From positions 62,001 through 126,000 of the IMG/VR virus record IMGVR_UViG_3300023174_000040: a DNA stretch of 64,000 nucleotides; one strand, given 5' to 3'. A program made the translations under genes and the position numbers. Position 1 is the stretch's first letter; each line of letters begins with the position of its first letter. The notes beneath the pieces are model-generated. The model had not been told where the DNA came from, searched no databases, and worked only from the letters and a program-made list of their open reading frames with translations. Positions 29,018-38,233 of the stretch are shown here, one piece after another.

Positions 29018-29281
29018 TTAGTTTTTTCTATCATGATAATCAACAACTTCTCTACACAATTTAACAAATTCTTCTGAACTTAAAGTGTGTTTTGCTAAAT
29101 TGGCCTCCTTGAGAACAAGTTGACAATTATCTAGTGTGTTTTCTCCACCACTGTCAACCAGAGTCTCTAGTGGTGTTGGTTTTTTTATGCCTACTCCTGA
29201 AATGATTGAAAAGAGGAGGATTGAAGTATTAGAAATTCCTGAAGATATTTTGTCTGCTGCTCTTGGTAGCCCATCGGCCAA
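29018..29281 (-). pseudogene. HNH endonuclease C-terminal remnant
   Basis: SGGENTLDNCQLV...AN.AK resembles the HNH tail, but the catalytic His is absent and the 5' part overlaps a + strand gene. Confidence 0.4.
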
Positions 29282-29987
29282 GAATCACAAGAATAAATAC
29301 CCAATCATCAATGATTGGGCTTCTAATCAGGAAGTCGTAAAAGCACATTATGAAAGATACCAGGAAGTTGTAAGCGATAAAAGCAACTTCTTTATCAGAC
29401 CCGTAAGTGCAAACTACACAAACAATATTGCAAAGTCACTTTTGAATAAAAGTAGCCATTGCATTCTTGCACCAATATTATTTGATGCTCCCAATCCTTA
29501 TTGGGAGAGTGATTATCATGATATTTTGAAGAAACATCCTGATTTGGAGAAAAAGCTAATTCTTGTCCATATCAGCGACATGGAGTATGATGAAAGAATT
29601 GAGCAAAAAGAGAAGCATTCTCCAAAGGTTAAAAAGTCTTTATATAATCGTGAAGAGAATTGTTCTTCAAAGGTTGAAGAGCCTGTTTTGAAAGCTAAAG
29701 ATTCTTCTGGATCAGGGACTATTCACGTTCCCATTCGTTCTAAACACCCTGCTCAAGAGAAAACCATGAATCGTGCAGATATGTTGGTCGCCAAGGTCTT
29801 CGGATTGATATCTGCTAATCCAAGCCTTAACAGGAAGGAAATTCATAATCGGTGTGGCAACAATTTTAAGGCTGGGGAGTTGGATACAACTTTGCAAACG
29901 CTTATCGCCCAAGGCCGTATCTACCTTAAAAAGGTCTTGACCCGTGGGCGACCTGCGGAGCGATTCTGGCCGATTGGCTTGGAATGA
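29187..29987 (+). CDS. hypothetical protein with a possible C-terminal winged helix
   Basis: ORF 29136..29987; LNRKEIHNRCG...LQTLIAQGRI. Confidence 0.7.
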   Translation: MPTPEMIEKRRIEVLEIPEDILSAALGSPSAKNHKNKYPIINDWASNQEVVKAHYERYQEVVSDKSNFFIRPVSANYTNNIAKSLLNKSSHCILAPILFDAPNPYWESDYHDILKKHPDLEKKLILVHISDMEYDERIEQKEKHSPKVKKSLYNREENCSSKVEEPVLKAKDSSGSGTIHVPIRSKHPAQEKTMNRADMLVAKVFGLISANPSLNRKEIHNRCGNNFKAGELDTTLQTLIAQGRIYLKKVLTRGRPAERFWPIGLE

Positions 29988-30041
29988 TCTGAGATTACGA
30001 TAAGTGAGCTAGAGTAATGAACGATGAATCTAAGGTGAATC

Positions 30042-30428
30042 ATGAAACCTAAACTAATCGAACTCTTGGAAGAAATCATAGAATCTGCTGATTCTTATTA
30101 CACAGAATCAAATCCAGAAGTTCCAGTAATACTGGAAAAAATAGTTTTTAATGCTGCTAGAGTGATTAAGATATTATCAAAGGATAATAAAAAAATATCT
30201 ATCACAGAAGGTGACACTCTAGCAAACATCCGAACTACAGATTCTTATCGTGAAATGCCAAGTGGTCCGCCGCCTTCTTTATCTAAAAATGCAGAGATTA
30301 AGAGTTTGAAACTTACTGATAAAGAAATTGAGGCGATTGAACTGTCGATGGTTAAGCGACTGGATTTGGATGCTATATACACTCTCCGCAATCTACTTGA
30401 AAGAACAAAGGGAAAACATGAGTTTTGA
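30042..30428 (+). CDS. hypothetical protein with an LTDKEIEAI module
   Basis: ORF track; module shared with 30857..31312. Confidence 0.7.
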   Translation: MKPKLIELLEEIIESADSYYTESNPEVPVILEKIVFNAARVIKILSKDNKKISITEGDTLANIRTTDSYREMPSGPPPSLSKNAEIKSLKLTDKEIEAIELSMVKRLDLDAIYTLRNLLERTKGKHEF

Positions 30429-30567
30429 TGATTGGTTAAACTGTGATCGAAAAGGAGGCTCTTTCTCTGAAAATGTCAAAATTTTCATTGAACAAAAAAA
30501 CACAGATGGCATAATTAGCTTATTATCAGAAGCTTACAAACAAGGATATGATAATGGATGTTTTTGA
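30418..30567 (+). CDS. hypothetical protein
   Basis: Start MSFDDW within ORF 30328..30567. Confidence 0.5.
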   Translation: MSFDDWLNCDRKGGSFSENVKIFIEQKNTDGIISLLSEAYKQGYDNGCF

Positions 30568-30623
30568 AGTTCTTCTAGACCCCCACCAAAACTTGCTTCA
30601 GAGGCTTAACTTACGGAATGTGA

Positions 30624-30857
30624 ATGATGACTAACCTACCAGAAATAGAAAAAATATCAGTAATGAGTCTTAAACCAGATGATATACTGGTTTTTAGTAC
30701 CGATGAAAAAATACCTAGTGCTGATTATGCAAGAATAGACCAAAAAATAACTGACTGGAAGATTCAGAGCAATATAGCAAACAAACATTTGATACTAAAT
30801 TCTCTAAAACTAGAAGTATTGTCAAAAGAACAGGCTCAAAAACTGGAAAATAACTAA
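30624..30857 (+). CDS. hypothetical protein
   Basis: ORF track. Confidence 0.65.
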   Translation: MMTNLPEIEKISVMSLKPDDILVFSTDEKIPSADYARIDQKITDWKIQSNIANKHLILNSLKLEVLSKEQAQKLENN

Positions 30858-31312
30858 TGATTAATGAACCTATTGCATGGGCGGTCATGCAACCCGATTC
30901 TTATTCTGTTTTCGTATCATATGATAAAGCGGTTGCTCATCGTGATATTTGTGCTGGTGGTGATATTATTCCTCTTTATCGTTCACCCAACCCTACCGAT
31001 AAAGAAATTGAACGATTGAAACTTACAGATAAAGAAATTGAGGCGATTGATTGGGCGGAAATGGATGCAATTCTGCAAGCGGCAAACGAAACCTCTCCAG
31101 ATCAGATTCAATTGTGGCAAAAAAGAGCCACCATCCTCCGTAATCTATTAGAAAGAATAATGGATGAAAACATAATACCCACAGATGATTGGAAAAATGT
31201 TGCTTTGAAACTTGGCGAATTATTGTCAACCCAAGGCCCAGAAAAGTATTATACTTTTACTCCAGAACAATGGTTTGAGTGGGCAAAATCTACAATAGAG
31301 GGAAACAAATGA
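30857..31312 (+). CDS. hypothetical protein (EPIAW...IIPLYR and LTDKEIEAI modules)
   Basis: ORF track; stop/start overlap with neighbours. Confidence 0.7.
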   Translation: MINEPIAWAVMQPDSYSVFVSYDKAVAHRDICAGGDIIPLYRSPNPTDKEIERLKLTDKEIEAIDWAEMDAILQAANETSPDQIQLWQKRATILRNLLERIMDENIIPTDDWKNVALKLGELLSTQGPEKYYTFTPEQWFEWAKSTIEGNK

Positions 31313-31494
31313 ACGAAGATAATTTTATAGAATTGTCCGCACCCGTTTCTCTCAAGGATTTGACGAGAGAAGCAGAAGATTATTGTGAAGAACTAGGAGT
31401 TGAATATAATCCTAAAAAAATAATGGTTGGTACAGACTATGGAACTAGAGTAGTTTTATGGTATGATAATGAGGAAAACAATGATAAACAATGA
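31309..31494 (+). CDS. hypothetical protein, paralog of 41565..41750
   Basis: REAEDYCEEL...TDYG shared. Confidence 0.7.
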   Translation: MNEDNFIELSAPVSLKDLTREAEDYCEELGVEYNPKKIMVGTDYGTRVVLWYDNEENNDKQ

Positions 31495-31681
31495 TGAAGA
31501 GTATCAACAAACAATATTTAATATTAATGAACAAAAACAAAGACTTATTCAATATTCTCAAAATTGGGAAAAAGAAGGCTATTCAAAAGAGCAAGTCAAA
31601 AAACTACTAGAGCCATTAGAGTCTTTTCATATAGGGCTTGTTGAAGAAGCCGAAAATTATATGAATGGAAAAAATAAATGA
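31481..31681 (+). CDS. hypothetical protein
   Basis: gagga RBS; MINNDEE. Confidence 0.6.
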   Translation: MINNDEEYQQTIFNINEQKQRLIQYSQNWEKEGYSKEQVKKLLEPLESFHIGLVEEAENYMNGKNK

Positions 31682-31829
31682 AATATTATCTATTCACTAT
31701 ATTTTGTACCCTAATCTTAATGTTTTGGATATATGCTTTAGAAATTAAAGTGAACGATCTAGAAGAAAAAGTAAGAATTCAAAGAGTAGAAATTGATTCA
31801 CTAGTTAAAAATAAGGATTGGGTAGAAAA

Positions 31830-32072
31830 ATGACTAAATACAAAATTTGTAAATTTGTTGATGGTAACGGAAAAGAATGGTATCAAGTCAAGAAAAAAGG
31901 GTGGTTATTTTGGCGTTACTTGGATACATTTGAAAAAATGGCACTACGTTCTTATAGAGTTATTCTTAAACTTTCTAATGTAGAAGAAGCAAACAAATAT
32001 ATCGAAGAAGATAAATGGCGTGATAGATCATGGCAAGCTAAAAAAGTAGAATGTTGGAATTATAATGACTAA
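31830..32072 (+). CDS. hypothetical protein, paralog of 41740..42216
   Basis: KYKICK...EWYQVKKKGWLFW shared. Confidence 0.7.
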   Translation: MTKYKICKFVDGNGKEWYQVKKKGWLFWRYLDTFEKMALRSYRVILKLSNVEEANKYIEEDKWRDRSWQAKKVECWNYND

Positions 32073-32415
32073 AAATCAACCTAAAACATGGTTCATAGAT
32101 TTTGATGGCACTCTTGTGACTCAAAAAAGCCACATGAGTTCAGAAGATTTTATTCTTTCAACTACAAAATCCTTCTTTGAAGAAATAATAAAAGAAGAAG
32201 ACTTTGTAATTATTACCACCGCAAGAACATGCGATGATAAAGAAAGAATAGAAAAATTCCTTAAATATCATAATCTTAAATTTGATCTAATTGTTTGTGG
32301 AATCCCCAAAGGCTCAAGAATTTTAATAAATGACAAAAAGCCAGACGGGACTTTAACTGCTTATGCTCATAATTTAGAAAGAGACAAGGGAATTGATCTT
32401 TCCCTATTTGTTTAA
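32065..32415 (+). CDS. HAD-superfamily phosphatase
   Basis: WFIDFDGTL, IITTAR, RILINDK. Confidence 0.8.
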   Translation: MTKNQPKTWFIDFDGTLVTQKSHMSSEDFILSTTKSFFEEIIKEEDFVIITTARTCDDKERIEKFLKYHNLKFDLIVCGIPKGSRILINDKKPDGTLTAYAHNLERDKGIDLSLFV

Positions 32416-32453
32416 ATGAAAAATGTTGTATAATAAGTCAAAGGATTAAAAAA

Positions 32454-33149
32454 ATGCAAAGAAGAGATTTTCTAAAAACCAGTGCCTTATCATCAGGATT
32501 ATTTTTAAGTAATAATTTATTTAATAATAGTCATCAACCAAAAGATATTGATTTAATAATAGATGCTATAGAAAAACAAGCATCACTAAGTTATGTTCCT
32601 GTTTCTAGCGAATCACCAAAAGTTTTTAAATTATATGATTTTCAAAAAGAAATTATAAGAAATATTTATGAAAATGAACAAGTAATTATTATTAAATCTC
32701 GTCAAATAGGAATGTCAACAATTTTGAGAGCGATTGTAGAAATCAATGAGAAGCAATTTGTAAATTCTTCAAAATATCATTTTGATTTAAAGTATTATTT
32801 GGGCTTGCGTCATGATAGAAATATTTTCAGGAGGGTGGGTGATGAGTCGAGTGTCAAAAACATTTCCAAAGGCGAGAAGGCCATGGGTGTGATTGATGAA
32901 AATATTGCAGTTATTTGTAACCCGTCAGCCCTTATGCCTCTGCCATATATTAAAACTGTTATTGCTGGAAGTATTGATGGGCAAGGCCGTATGAAGTGGG
33001 TATACGATAATGCAGAAAAATACGGTTACAAAGTTTTTGTTTATCCGTATTATAAAACAACGCCTAGTTTAGAACGTTGTTTCTTGTATTTTAAAAAGAA
33101 CTTGTCTAAAAAGCATTGGCAACAAGAGTTTGAGTGCAAGTTTTCTTGA
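32454..33149 (+). CDS. twin-arginine-type leader fused to a terminase-ATPase-like fragment
   Basis: MQRRDFLKTSALSSG; LYDFQKEII, IIIKSRQIGMST, WQQEFECKF. Confidence 0.6.
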   Translation: MQRRDFLKTSALSSGLFLSNNLFNNSHQPKDIDLIIDAIEKQASLSYVPVSSESPKVFKLYDFQKEIIRNIYENEQVIIIKSRQIGMSTILRAIVEINEKQFVNSSKYHFDLKYYLGLRHDRNIFRRVGDESSVKNISKGEKAMGVIDENIAVICNPSALMPLPYIKTVIAGSIDGQGRMKWVYDNAEKYGYKVFVYPYYKTTPSLERCFLYFKKNLSKKHWQQEFECKFS

Positions 33150-33157
33150 GGACAAAA

Positions 33158-33730
33158 ATGAAAATAGAATATAATGAAAATCCATTAGCAAGTAAAGTAT
33201 TTCTTGACGATACTGAAAAACGGTTATTGTTTTGGAAATACAAATGGGACATGATCGGAGACAGTGTTTCTTGGATTGAATTTAACATAAAAGAAAAAAA
33301 AGAAACTAATTTGGATAATATCCAAAATAAATTGGCTGGTATTTCTGAAAAATTTATGGAAACAAAATATGATGAAGAATCTATAAAATATTTTATAGAA
33401 GAACTACAAAGTAGTCATTGTGGAGATTGTGTTTATGAGCCTCAAACTTGTGCAAAATGCTATGCGGAAGAACATCTTGGAATAGATAGCACACCCAACT
33501 TAAAACATTGGGGAGGAACGGCACGTAGGATCATGAGTGCATTTTCTAAAAACTCAACAATAGAACAGGCTATTGATATATTAAAAAATAAAAATTACGA
33601 CTCAGATGAATATAAAGATTCAGATGAATATAAAAATTGGTCTAAAGAACATATCGACAAGTGGAAACAAGAAGATATTTGGGCTATTGAATACTTAGAG
33701 TATTATAAAAAAGAGATATTGAAAAAATAG
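33158..33730 (+). CDS. hypothetical protein
   Basis: HCGDC...CAKC. Confidence 0.7.
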   Translation: MKIEYNENPLASKVFLDDTEKRLLFWKYKWDMIGDSVSWIEFNIKEKKETNLDNIQNKLAGISEKFMETKYDEESIKYFIEELQSSHCGDCVYEPQTCAKCYAEEHLGIDSTPNLKHWGGTARRIMSAFSKNSTIEQAIDILKNKNYDSDEYKDSDEYKNWSKEHIDKWKQEDIWAIEYLEYYKKEILKK

Positions 33731-33772
33731 AATATTATGAAAACTCATTTAGCAAAGAAACAGGAGAATTAA

Positions 33773-34348
33773 ATGTCTAGAGTGGGTATTGATTTAGATG
33801 GTGTTTGTTATGATTTTGCCGGATCTGTGTGGCGATATCTTTCAGATATAGGACACGCATCGGCTGAAATTGCTTCTAAAACAGGGAATCCCTCAGACCC
33901 AGATATTTGGGACTTTTACAAAAAATGGGGTATGGATCTTGATGATTTTTTAAAGCATGTGCATGAAGGAGTAGATAAAGGTTATATTTTCAGAGGGCCA
34001 TGTAGATTAGGAGTTAAAGAATCATTAAATTTACTTTTAGAACATGGTCATACTGTTGTTATAGTAACCGATAGAAGCCAAGGTTCTACTCCTGAATCTG
34101 CAAAGTCTGCAACAACACAATGGCTTTTAGAACATGAACTTCCTTATCACGAACTCCATTTTAGTGTTGACAAAACTGGATTTGATACTGAATATTTTGT
34201 TGAAGATCGTATAAAAAATTATGATGCACTAGAAGCAGCAGGAATAAAAACTTATCTTGTGGATAGACCTTGGAATCAAGAAAAAGACAATAGAAGAAGA
34301 GTTGATGGAATTAGGCACTTTGTTGAAAAAATAATTTTTCAATATTGA
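33773..34348 (+). CDS. 5'(3')-deoxyribonucleotidase (NT5C-like HAD)
   Basis: VGIDLDGV, VIVTDR, WLLEH, YFVEDR, LVDRPWN. Confidence 0.85.
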   Translation: MSRVGIDLDGVCYDFAGSVWRYLSDIGHASAEIASKTGNPSDPDIWDFYKKWGMDLDDFLKHVHEGVDKGYIFRGPCRLGVKESLNLLLEHGHTVVIVTDRSQGSTPESAKSATTQWLLEHELPYHELHFSVDKTGFDTEYFVEDRIKNYDALEAAGIKTYLVDRPWNQEKDNRRRVDGIRHFVEKIIFQY

Positions 34349-34349
34349 A

Positions 34350-34682
34350 ATGACAAAATTTCTAAGTCTAATATTTCTTGTTTTTTTAATTGGGTGCGAA
34401 CCCGGTGAATTTAGACAAGGCAAGGTTATAAATAAAGAGTTCTTAGCCGCACACAATGAAAAAGCGTCTGTGCTTGAGCCAAGTTTTGGATTTGGCTGGG
34501 ATGGTAAACCAAAAATAACTTGGAATATAGTTCAAAAAACTGTATTGATTCCAGACAGATTTTTAATTACAATAATGATACAAGACAAATCAGGCTGGTG
34601 GGGTGAAAAGATCTACTTGAGTAAAGAAGAATATGATTCTTTTACTTTAGGAGATCATTACCCTCATTTTGAAAAACCATGA
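34350..34682 (+). CDS. putative lipoprotein
   Basis: Lipobox-like FLIGC. Confidence 0.65.
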   Translation: MTKFLSLIFLVFLIGCEPGEFRQGKVINKEFLAAHNEKASVLEPSFGFGWDGKPKITWNIVQKTVLIPDRFLITIMIQDKSGWWGEKIYLSKEEYDSFTLGDHYPHFEKP

Positions 34683-35121
34683 AATTATGAAAACCTTAAT
34701 AGACTTTTTACCAGTAATTGCAATATTTTTAATATTGCTTTGGGCTTTGCGTTTACCAAGTTGTAGTCTTTATGATTATCTAAATGGAATAAAACCAAAT
34801 TCTATTAATGAAAAACAAAAACAAGGCGTTGTTGTGCATTGTAAAACTTGTAATGCAACGGGAGAGACCAATCAAGATGTTAATTTATTAATGTCTGAGG
34901 CGTCGTTTGCTATTTGGTATAATATTCATGTAAATTCAAACAAATGTGAAATTTGTTCAAAAAATAAACTTTGTGATGTTGCTCAACAAAAATATGATGA
35001 AATTATGGAAAAGTATAAAGAACTCGGACCAAAAATTGAAAAAGCAGTTTGTCCCGACTGTATGGGAATGGGAACTTACACCCAGTTTGATGGATATAGA
35101 TTTGGAAGAGAAAAATTATGA
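34669..35121 (+). CDS. membrane-anchored protein with DnaJ-type CxxCxGxG motifs
   Basis: CKTCNATG, CPDCMGMG. Confidence 0.65.
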   Translation: MKNHEIMKTLIDFLPVIAIFLILLWALRLPSCSLYDYLNGIKPNSINEKQKQGVVVHCKTCNATGETNQDVNLLMSEASFAIWYNIHVNSNKCEICSKNKLCDVAQQKYDEIMEKYKELGPKIEKAVCPDCMGMGTYTQFDGYRFGREKL

Positions 35122-35152
35122 ACGAACAAAACACTAAGAAAAGAAGATTCAA

Positions 35153-35653
35153 ATGAGATATTCAAATGACGTTATGGGAATGGTCAACTTCCCTGTTGAT
35201 TCTGAGGAATACAAATCCTCCGATGAAGGCGGAATGTTTGTTCAATTATGGTGCATAGAAGAAGAATTGCATTCTTGTGGAATTTGTTGTGGATATGATA
35301 GTATATTCACCACAAGGTCAGAAGTTTTAGTTGGAACAGAAACAGAAAAAAATACTGATAATTTTCATGAAATTGAAGAGGGCAAAAACCCTGTTGATTG
35401 GGAACAAAAGTTTTACTTAACAGAAAAATTGTTTGATAGACCTCTTGAAACTTGTGATGTTTGTAGATGTTCTTCAATTCCCCTAATTGCTTGTGTTACA
35501 ATGGGTAGCACAGGATGGAGTGGTTGGGATGGTGACGAATATTGGCGTTGTAAATATGAAGATTTAAATGACGCTGGACAAACAATATACAATTCACTTA
35601 AATCCGCATACCCAAAATCTAAACTTTTACTTGTAACTTGGTTGGACACATGA
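35153..35653 (+). CDS. hypothetical protein
   Basis: ORF track; LLLVTWLDT C-terminus. Confidence 0.7.
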   Translation: MRYSNDVMGMVNFPVDSEEYKSSDEGGMFVQLWCIEEELHSCGICCGYDSIFTTRSEVLVGTETEKNTDNFHEIEEGKNPVDWEQKFYLTEKLFDRPLETCDVCRCSSIPLIACVTMGSTGWSGWDGDEYWRCKYEDLNDAGQTIYNSLKSAYPKSKLLLVTWLDT

Positions 35654-36006
35654 AAATGAAAAAAATTAAAAGAAAACAAATAAAAGAATTAATAACCTCT
35701 GTGAGTCCTTGGGATTTGTCTGGAAGTCCAGAAGATATTTGTAAAAATTTAAGAACAACTCAAGATGCTTATTTAGAAGATCGAAATGATGTTATTGAAT
35801 CATGTTGGTCTTGGGAAAGTACTGCTTATAGTGATCATGGAGAATTTGAGTTAGTTATTACTAGACTAGAAAACGATAAAGAGTATAATGCTAGAGTTAA
35901 AGAGTTAATGAAAATTAAGGAAAAGAAGAAAGCCGATAAACAAAAGCAAGATGAATATGAACTACAGGAATATTTGAAACTAAAAAATAAATTTGATAAG
36001 GAATAA
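35650..36006 (+). CDS. hypothetical protein
   Basis: ORF 35638..36006; ATG overlaps the upstream stop. Confidence 0.7.
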   Translation: MKMKKIKRKQIKELITSVSPWDLSGSPEDICKNLRTTQDAYLEDRNDVIESCWSWESTAYSDHGEFELVITRLENDKEYNARVKELMKIKEKKKADKQKQDEYELQEYLKLKNKFDKE

Positions 36007-36187
36007 TATGAACTGGGAATGTAATCGTTGTGGCTATAGAGTTCAACCTGTTAAAGAGGTCGAACCTGATGGAATGGCTTGGCCTGCTGGTCGGGCTTGC
36101 TCTAGATGTCTGGGCGAAATGGTATATCGCCCAATTTATAAAGGTTTGGAGGTTTTCTTAAAATGTATAAAACAATATCGGATTTAG
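35993..36187 (+). CDS. small zinc-ribbon protein
   Basis: CNRCG...CSRC. Confidence 0.6.
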   Translation: MIRNNMNWECNRCGYRVQPVKEVEPDGMAWPAGRACSRCLGEMVYRPIYKGLEVFLKCIKQYRI

Positions 36188-36399
36188 GTAAAAAAAGTGG
36201 ATGGAACGCTAGAGTATTTCAGTGGGAAGATTCTGATGAAGTAAGGCGTATGCTTCCAAATCCACAGGATCATTCAAAATGGTACTATGTAGATTTTTAC
36301 ATGACGAATGATTATACTAACGGCACTCGTATAGAAGGAACAAAAGAAGATCTACAAAGAATAGTAGACATGTTAAATATTGCAATTAAAAGAACTTAA
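36163..36399 (+). CDS. hypothetical protein
   Basis: ORF track. Confidence 0.6.
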   Translation: MYKTISDLGKKSGWNARVFQWEDSDEVRRMLPNPQDHSKWYYVDFYMTNDYTNGTRIEGTKEDLQRIVDMLNIAIKRT

Positions 36400-36400
36400 A

Positions 36401-36688
36401 ATGAAAAATAAAATTTTCTTATTGTTAGTCCTTTGTTTTATTGGATGTAATAGTACAAATAAAAAATTCTACAAATACTCTGTTAAATTAACCAGACCAG
36501 ATGGAGTTGTTCATAAAACTTTTATTATAGAAAGTACGAGTCTACCTATAATACATTCCGCCTATGGTGGGCAGTCTGAATTTTTTGAAGCAGAAAAATA
36601 TAATGGAAAATGGACAGGAGCATGGAACAGACATTTGGCTCCTGTTGGTTGGCTTGTTGAAATTGAACCGCTGATGGAGAATCAGTAA
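36401..36688 (+). CDS. putative lipoprotein
   Basis: MKNKIFLLLVLCFIGC. Confidence 0.65.
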   Translation: MKNKIFLLLVLCFIGCNSTNKKFYKYSVKLTRPDGVVHKTFIIESTSLPIIHSAYGGQSEFFEAEKYNGKWTGAWNRHLAPVGWLVEIEPLMENQ

Positions 36689-37002
36689 TGAACTACGAAG
36701 AAGCAGTGAAATATAGTTTCTCTATTCCTTGGAAACTTGATGTTTGCCATGTTGGAGAAAGATGTTGGTGCAGACTAATCCTGCCAACTGAGGTTATTAA
36801 ATACACTCAAAAATATAGTACTGGAGAAGAAGAAACTGAACGAGAGATAGAGATAATGCCAGATGGCAGTATAGACAAAGAAACAGCAGAATACTTTGTT
36901 GATTTACACAATGAAAAACTTAAAAGAGACAAGCTCGTATCCGAAGGTATTGTAAAAGTTATAGAAACTCCTATTAACCAAGATTATGGAGAATCTCAAT
37001 AA
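36688..37002 (+). CDS. hypothetical protein
   Basis: CHVGERCWC, PDGSIDKETAEY. Confidence 0.7.
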   Translation: MNYEEAVKYSFSIPWKLDVCHVGERCWCRLILPTEVIKYTQKYSTGEEETEREIEIMPDGSIDKETAEYFVDLHNEKLKRDKLVSEGIVKVIETPINQDYGESQ

Positions 37003-37331
37003 TGTTTAAAAATGACCACTCAGCAGTTCTTGGTTTTATAATCGGGGTACTTAGTGTGCCTCTTATGATGGGAGTATTATCTATTTTCATTAAAGATGAC
37101 AAAATTAATGAAATAGAATATAAATTTCAAGACACTCTAGAATTTATAGACAAAGATACAGGAGAAACTATTGAGAGATTTGACAACGTAGAATTTAGAG
37201 TCTTAGGCCCAGAGGGTTATATGTATATGGTTAAAATGATAACAGGCCCATCACCAGAAGTTTTGGTCATGAATCAATTTCCGCCAAATACTTATCTGAG
37301 ATTTTATCAAACACCAGAGAAAGTAAAATGA
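37002..37331 (+). CDS. hypothetical membrane-anchored protein
   Basis: N-terminal hydrophobic helix. Confidence 0.65.
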   Translation: MFKNDHSAVLGFIIGVLSVPLMMGVLSIFIKDDKINEIEYKFQDTLEFIDKDTGETIERFDNVEFRVLGPEGYMYMVKMITGPSPEVLVMNQFPPNTYLRFYQTPEKVK

Positions 37332-37772
37332 ACTTAATAAGCGAATTAGGAAACAAAACAGAAAAATGAGTAAATACTTTGTTCTTGAAAAAGATGATAA
37401 ATTTTTAGTTTGCGAAATTTTGGATTTTGGTTCTGAATTTCCTAACTCTTTTTCAACAAAAGAAGAAGCAGAAGAGATGCTTAAAATTAAAGAGCAAAGT
37501 GACAAAATTGCTAAAGATGTCGAGAGAATATTCAATGAACCATGATGATATTTGGACAAAATCTCTCCAATTAAAAAAAGCAAGAAGAGAGCATATGTCA
37601 AAATGTATGGATAGTTATGATTCTAATATACACGATCCAGCATTAAAACAATTACAAGAAGAGTGTGAAAAATTGGGACACAAATTTGTTTTTCAACAAT
37701 TTACTGTTGGGCATTATGCGTATTACTCTTGTGATTATTGTGGTTTTGCAAAAATAGAAAAAGGATAAGAAA

Positions 37773-37991
37773 ATGAATTTCATATCAACATTTATTCAGA
37801 GTTTCATAGTATCGGTAGCATTTTTTGTGTTATTTATTTCAACTATAGGTCCAATAATTGCTAAAACTTTTAATTGGCACGGAGATGATCCTACTGCCTT
37901 ATTTGGACCAGAATGGATTTGGAACTGGGGTTTCTTTTTAACTATAGTTTTGTTCTTTATTGTAGCCTTATTTATTGAAAGGTCGAGGTAA
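37773..37991 (+). CDS. small two-helix membrane protein
   Basis: Two hydrophobic segments. Confidence 0.6.
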   Translation: MNFISTFIQSFIVSVAFFVLFISTIGPIIAKTFNWHGDDPTALFGPEWIWNWGFFLTIVLFFIVALFIERSR

Positions 37992-38233
37992 ACCATGCCA
38001 AAGTGTATTATCGGACCAAATGGAGTAGCACATGGCTTAATGTGCAAAGATGGCAAATTATGTGGACAAAAAGGAAATATTCTACAAAGTTATTTAAAAG
38101 ATTCTAAGACAAAATCAGATCTACTCCTTATAGGTCCAATGTCATATGTTTCAAAAAAACCTTTATGGCCAATTTTGTGAATTCGCTATTTTACAAAAAA
38201 AGAAGATATTCAAAAATTAGTGGAGTAAAAAAC

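Noticed and set aside
32065-32415. gmhB heptose-bisphosphate phosphatase completing the HldE pathway
   Set aside because: It is a short HAD lacking GmhB motifs (TNQSG, CxH...CxC) and lies 8 kb away, so it is only called a generic HAD.
32454-33149. The functional large terminase subunit
   Set aside because: It is too short, has a degenerate Walker B region and no nuclease domain, and sits among accessory genes.
35053-35061. 9-mer matches to array half-spacers (cccgactgt at 35053; aaaccatca at 44383 and about 58688)
   Set aside because: The adjacent sequence does not match the partner half-spacer, and isolated 9-mers are expected by chance in 64 kb.
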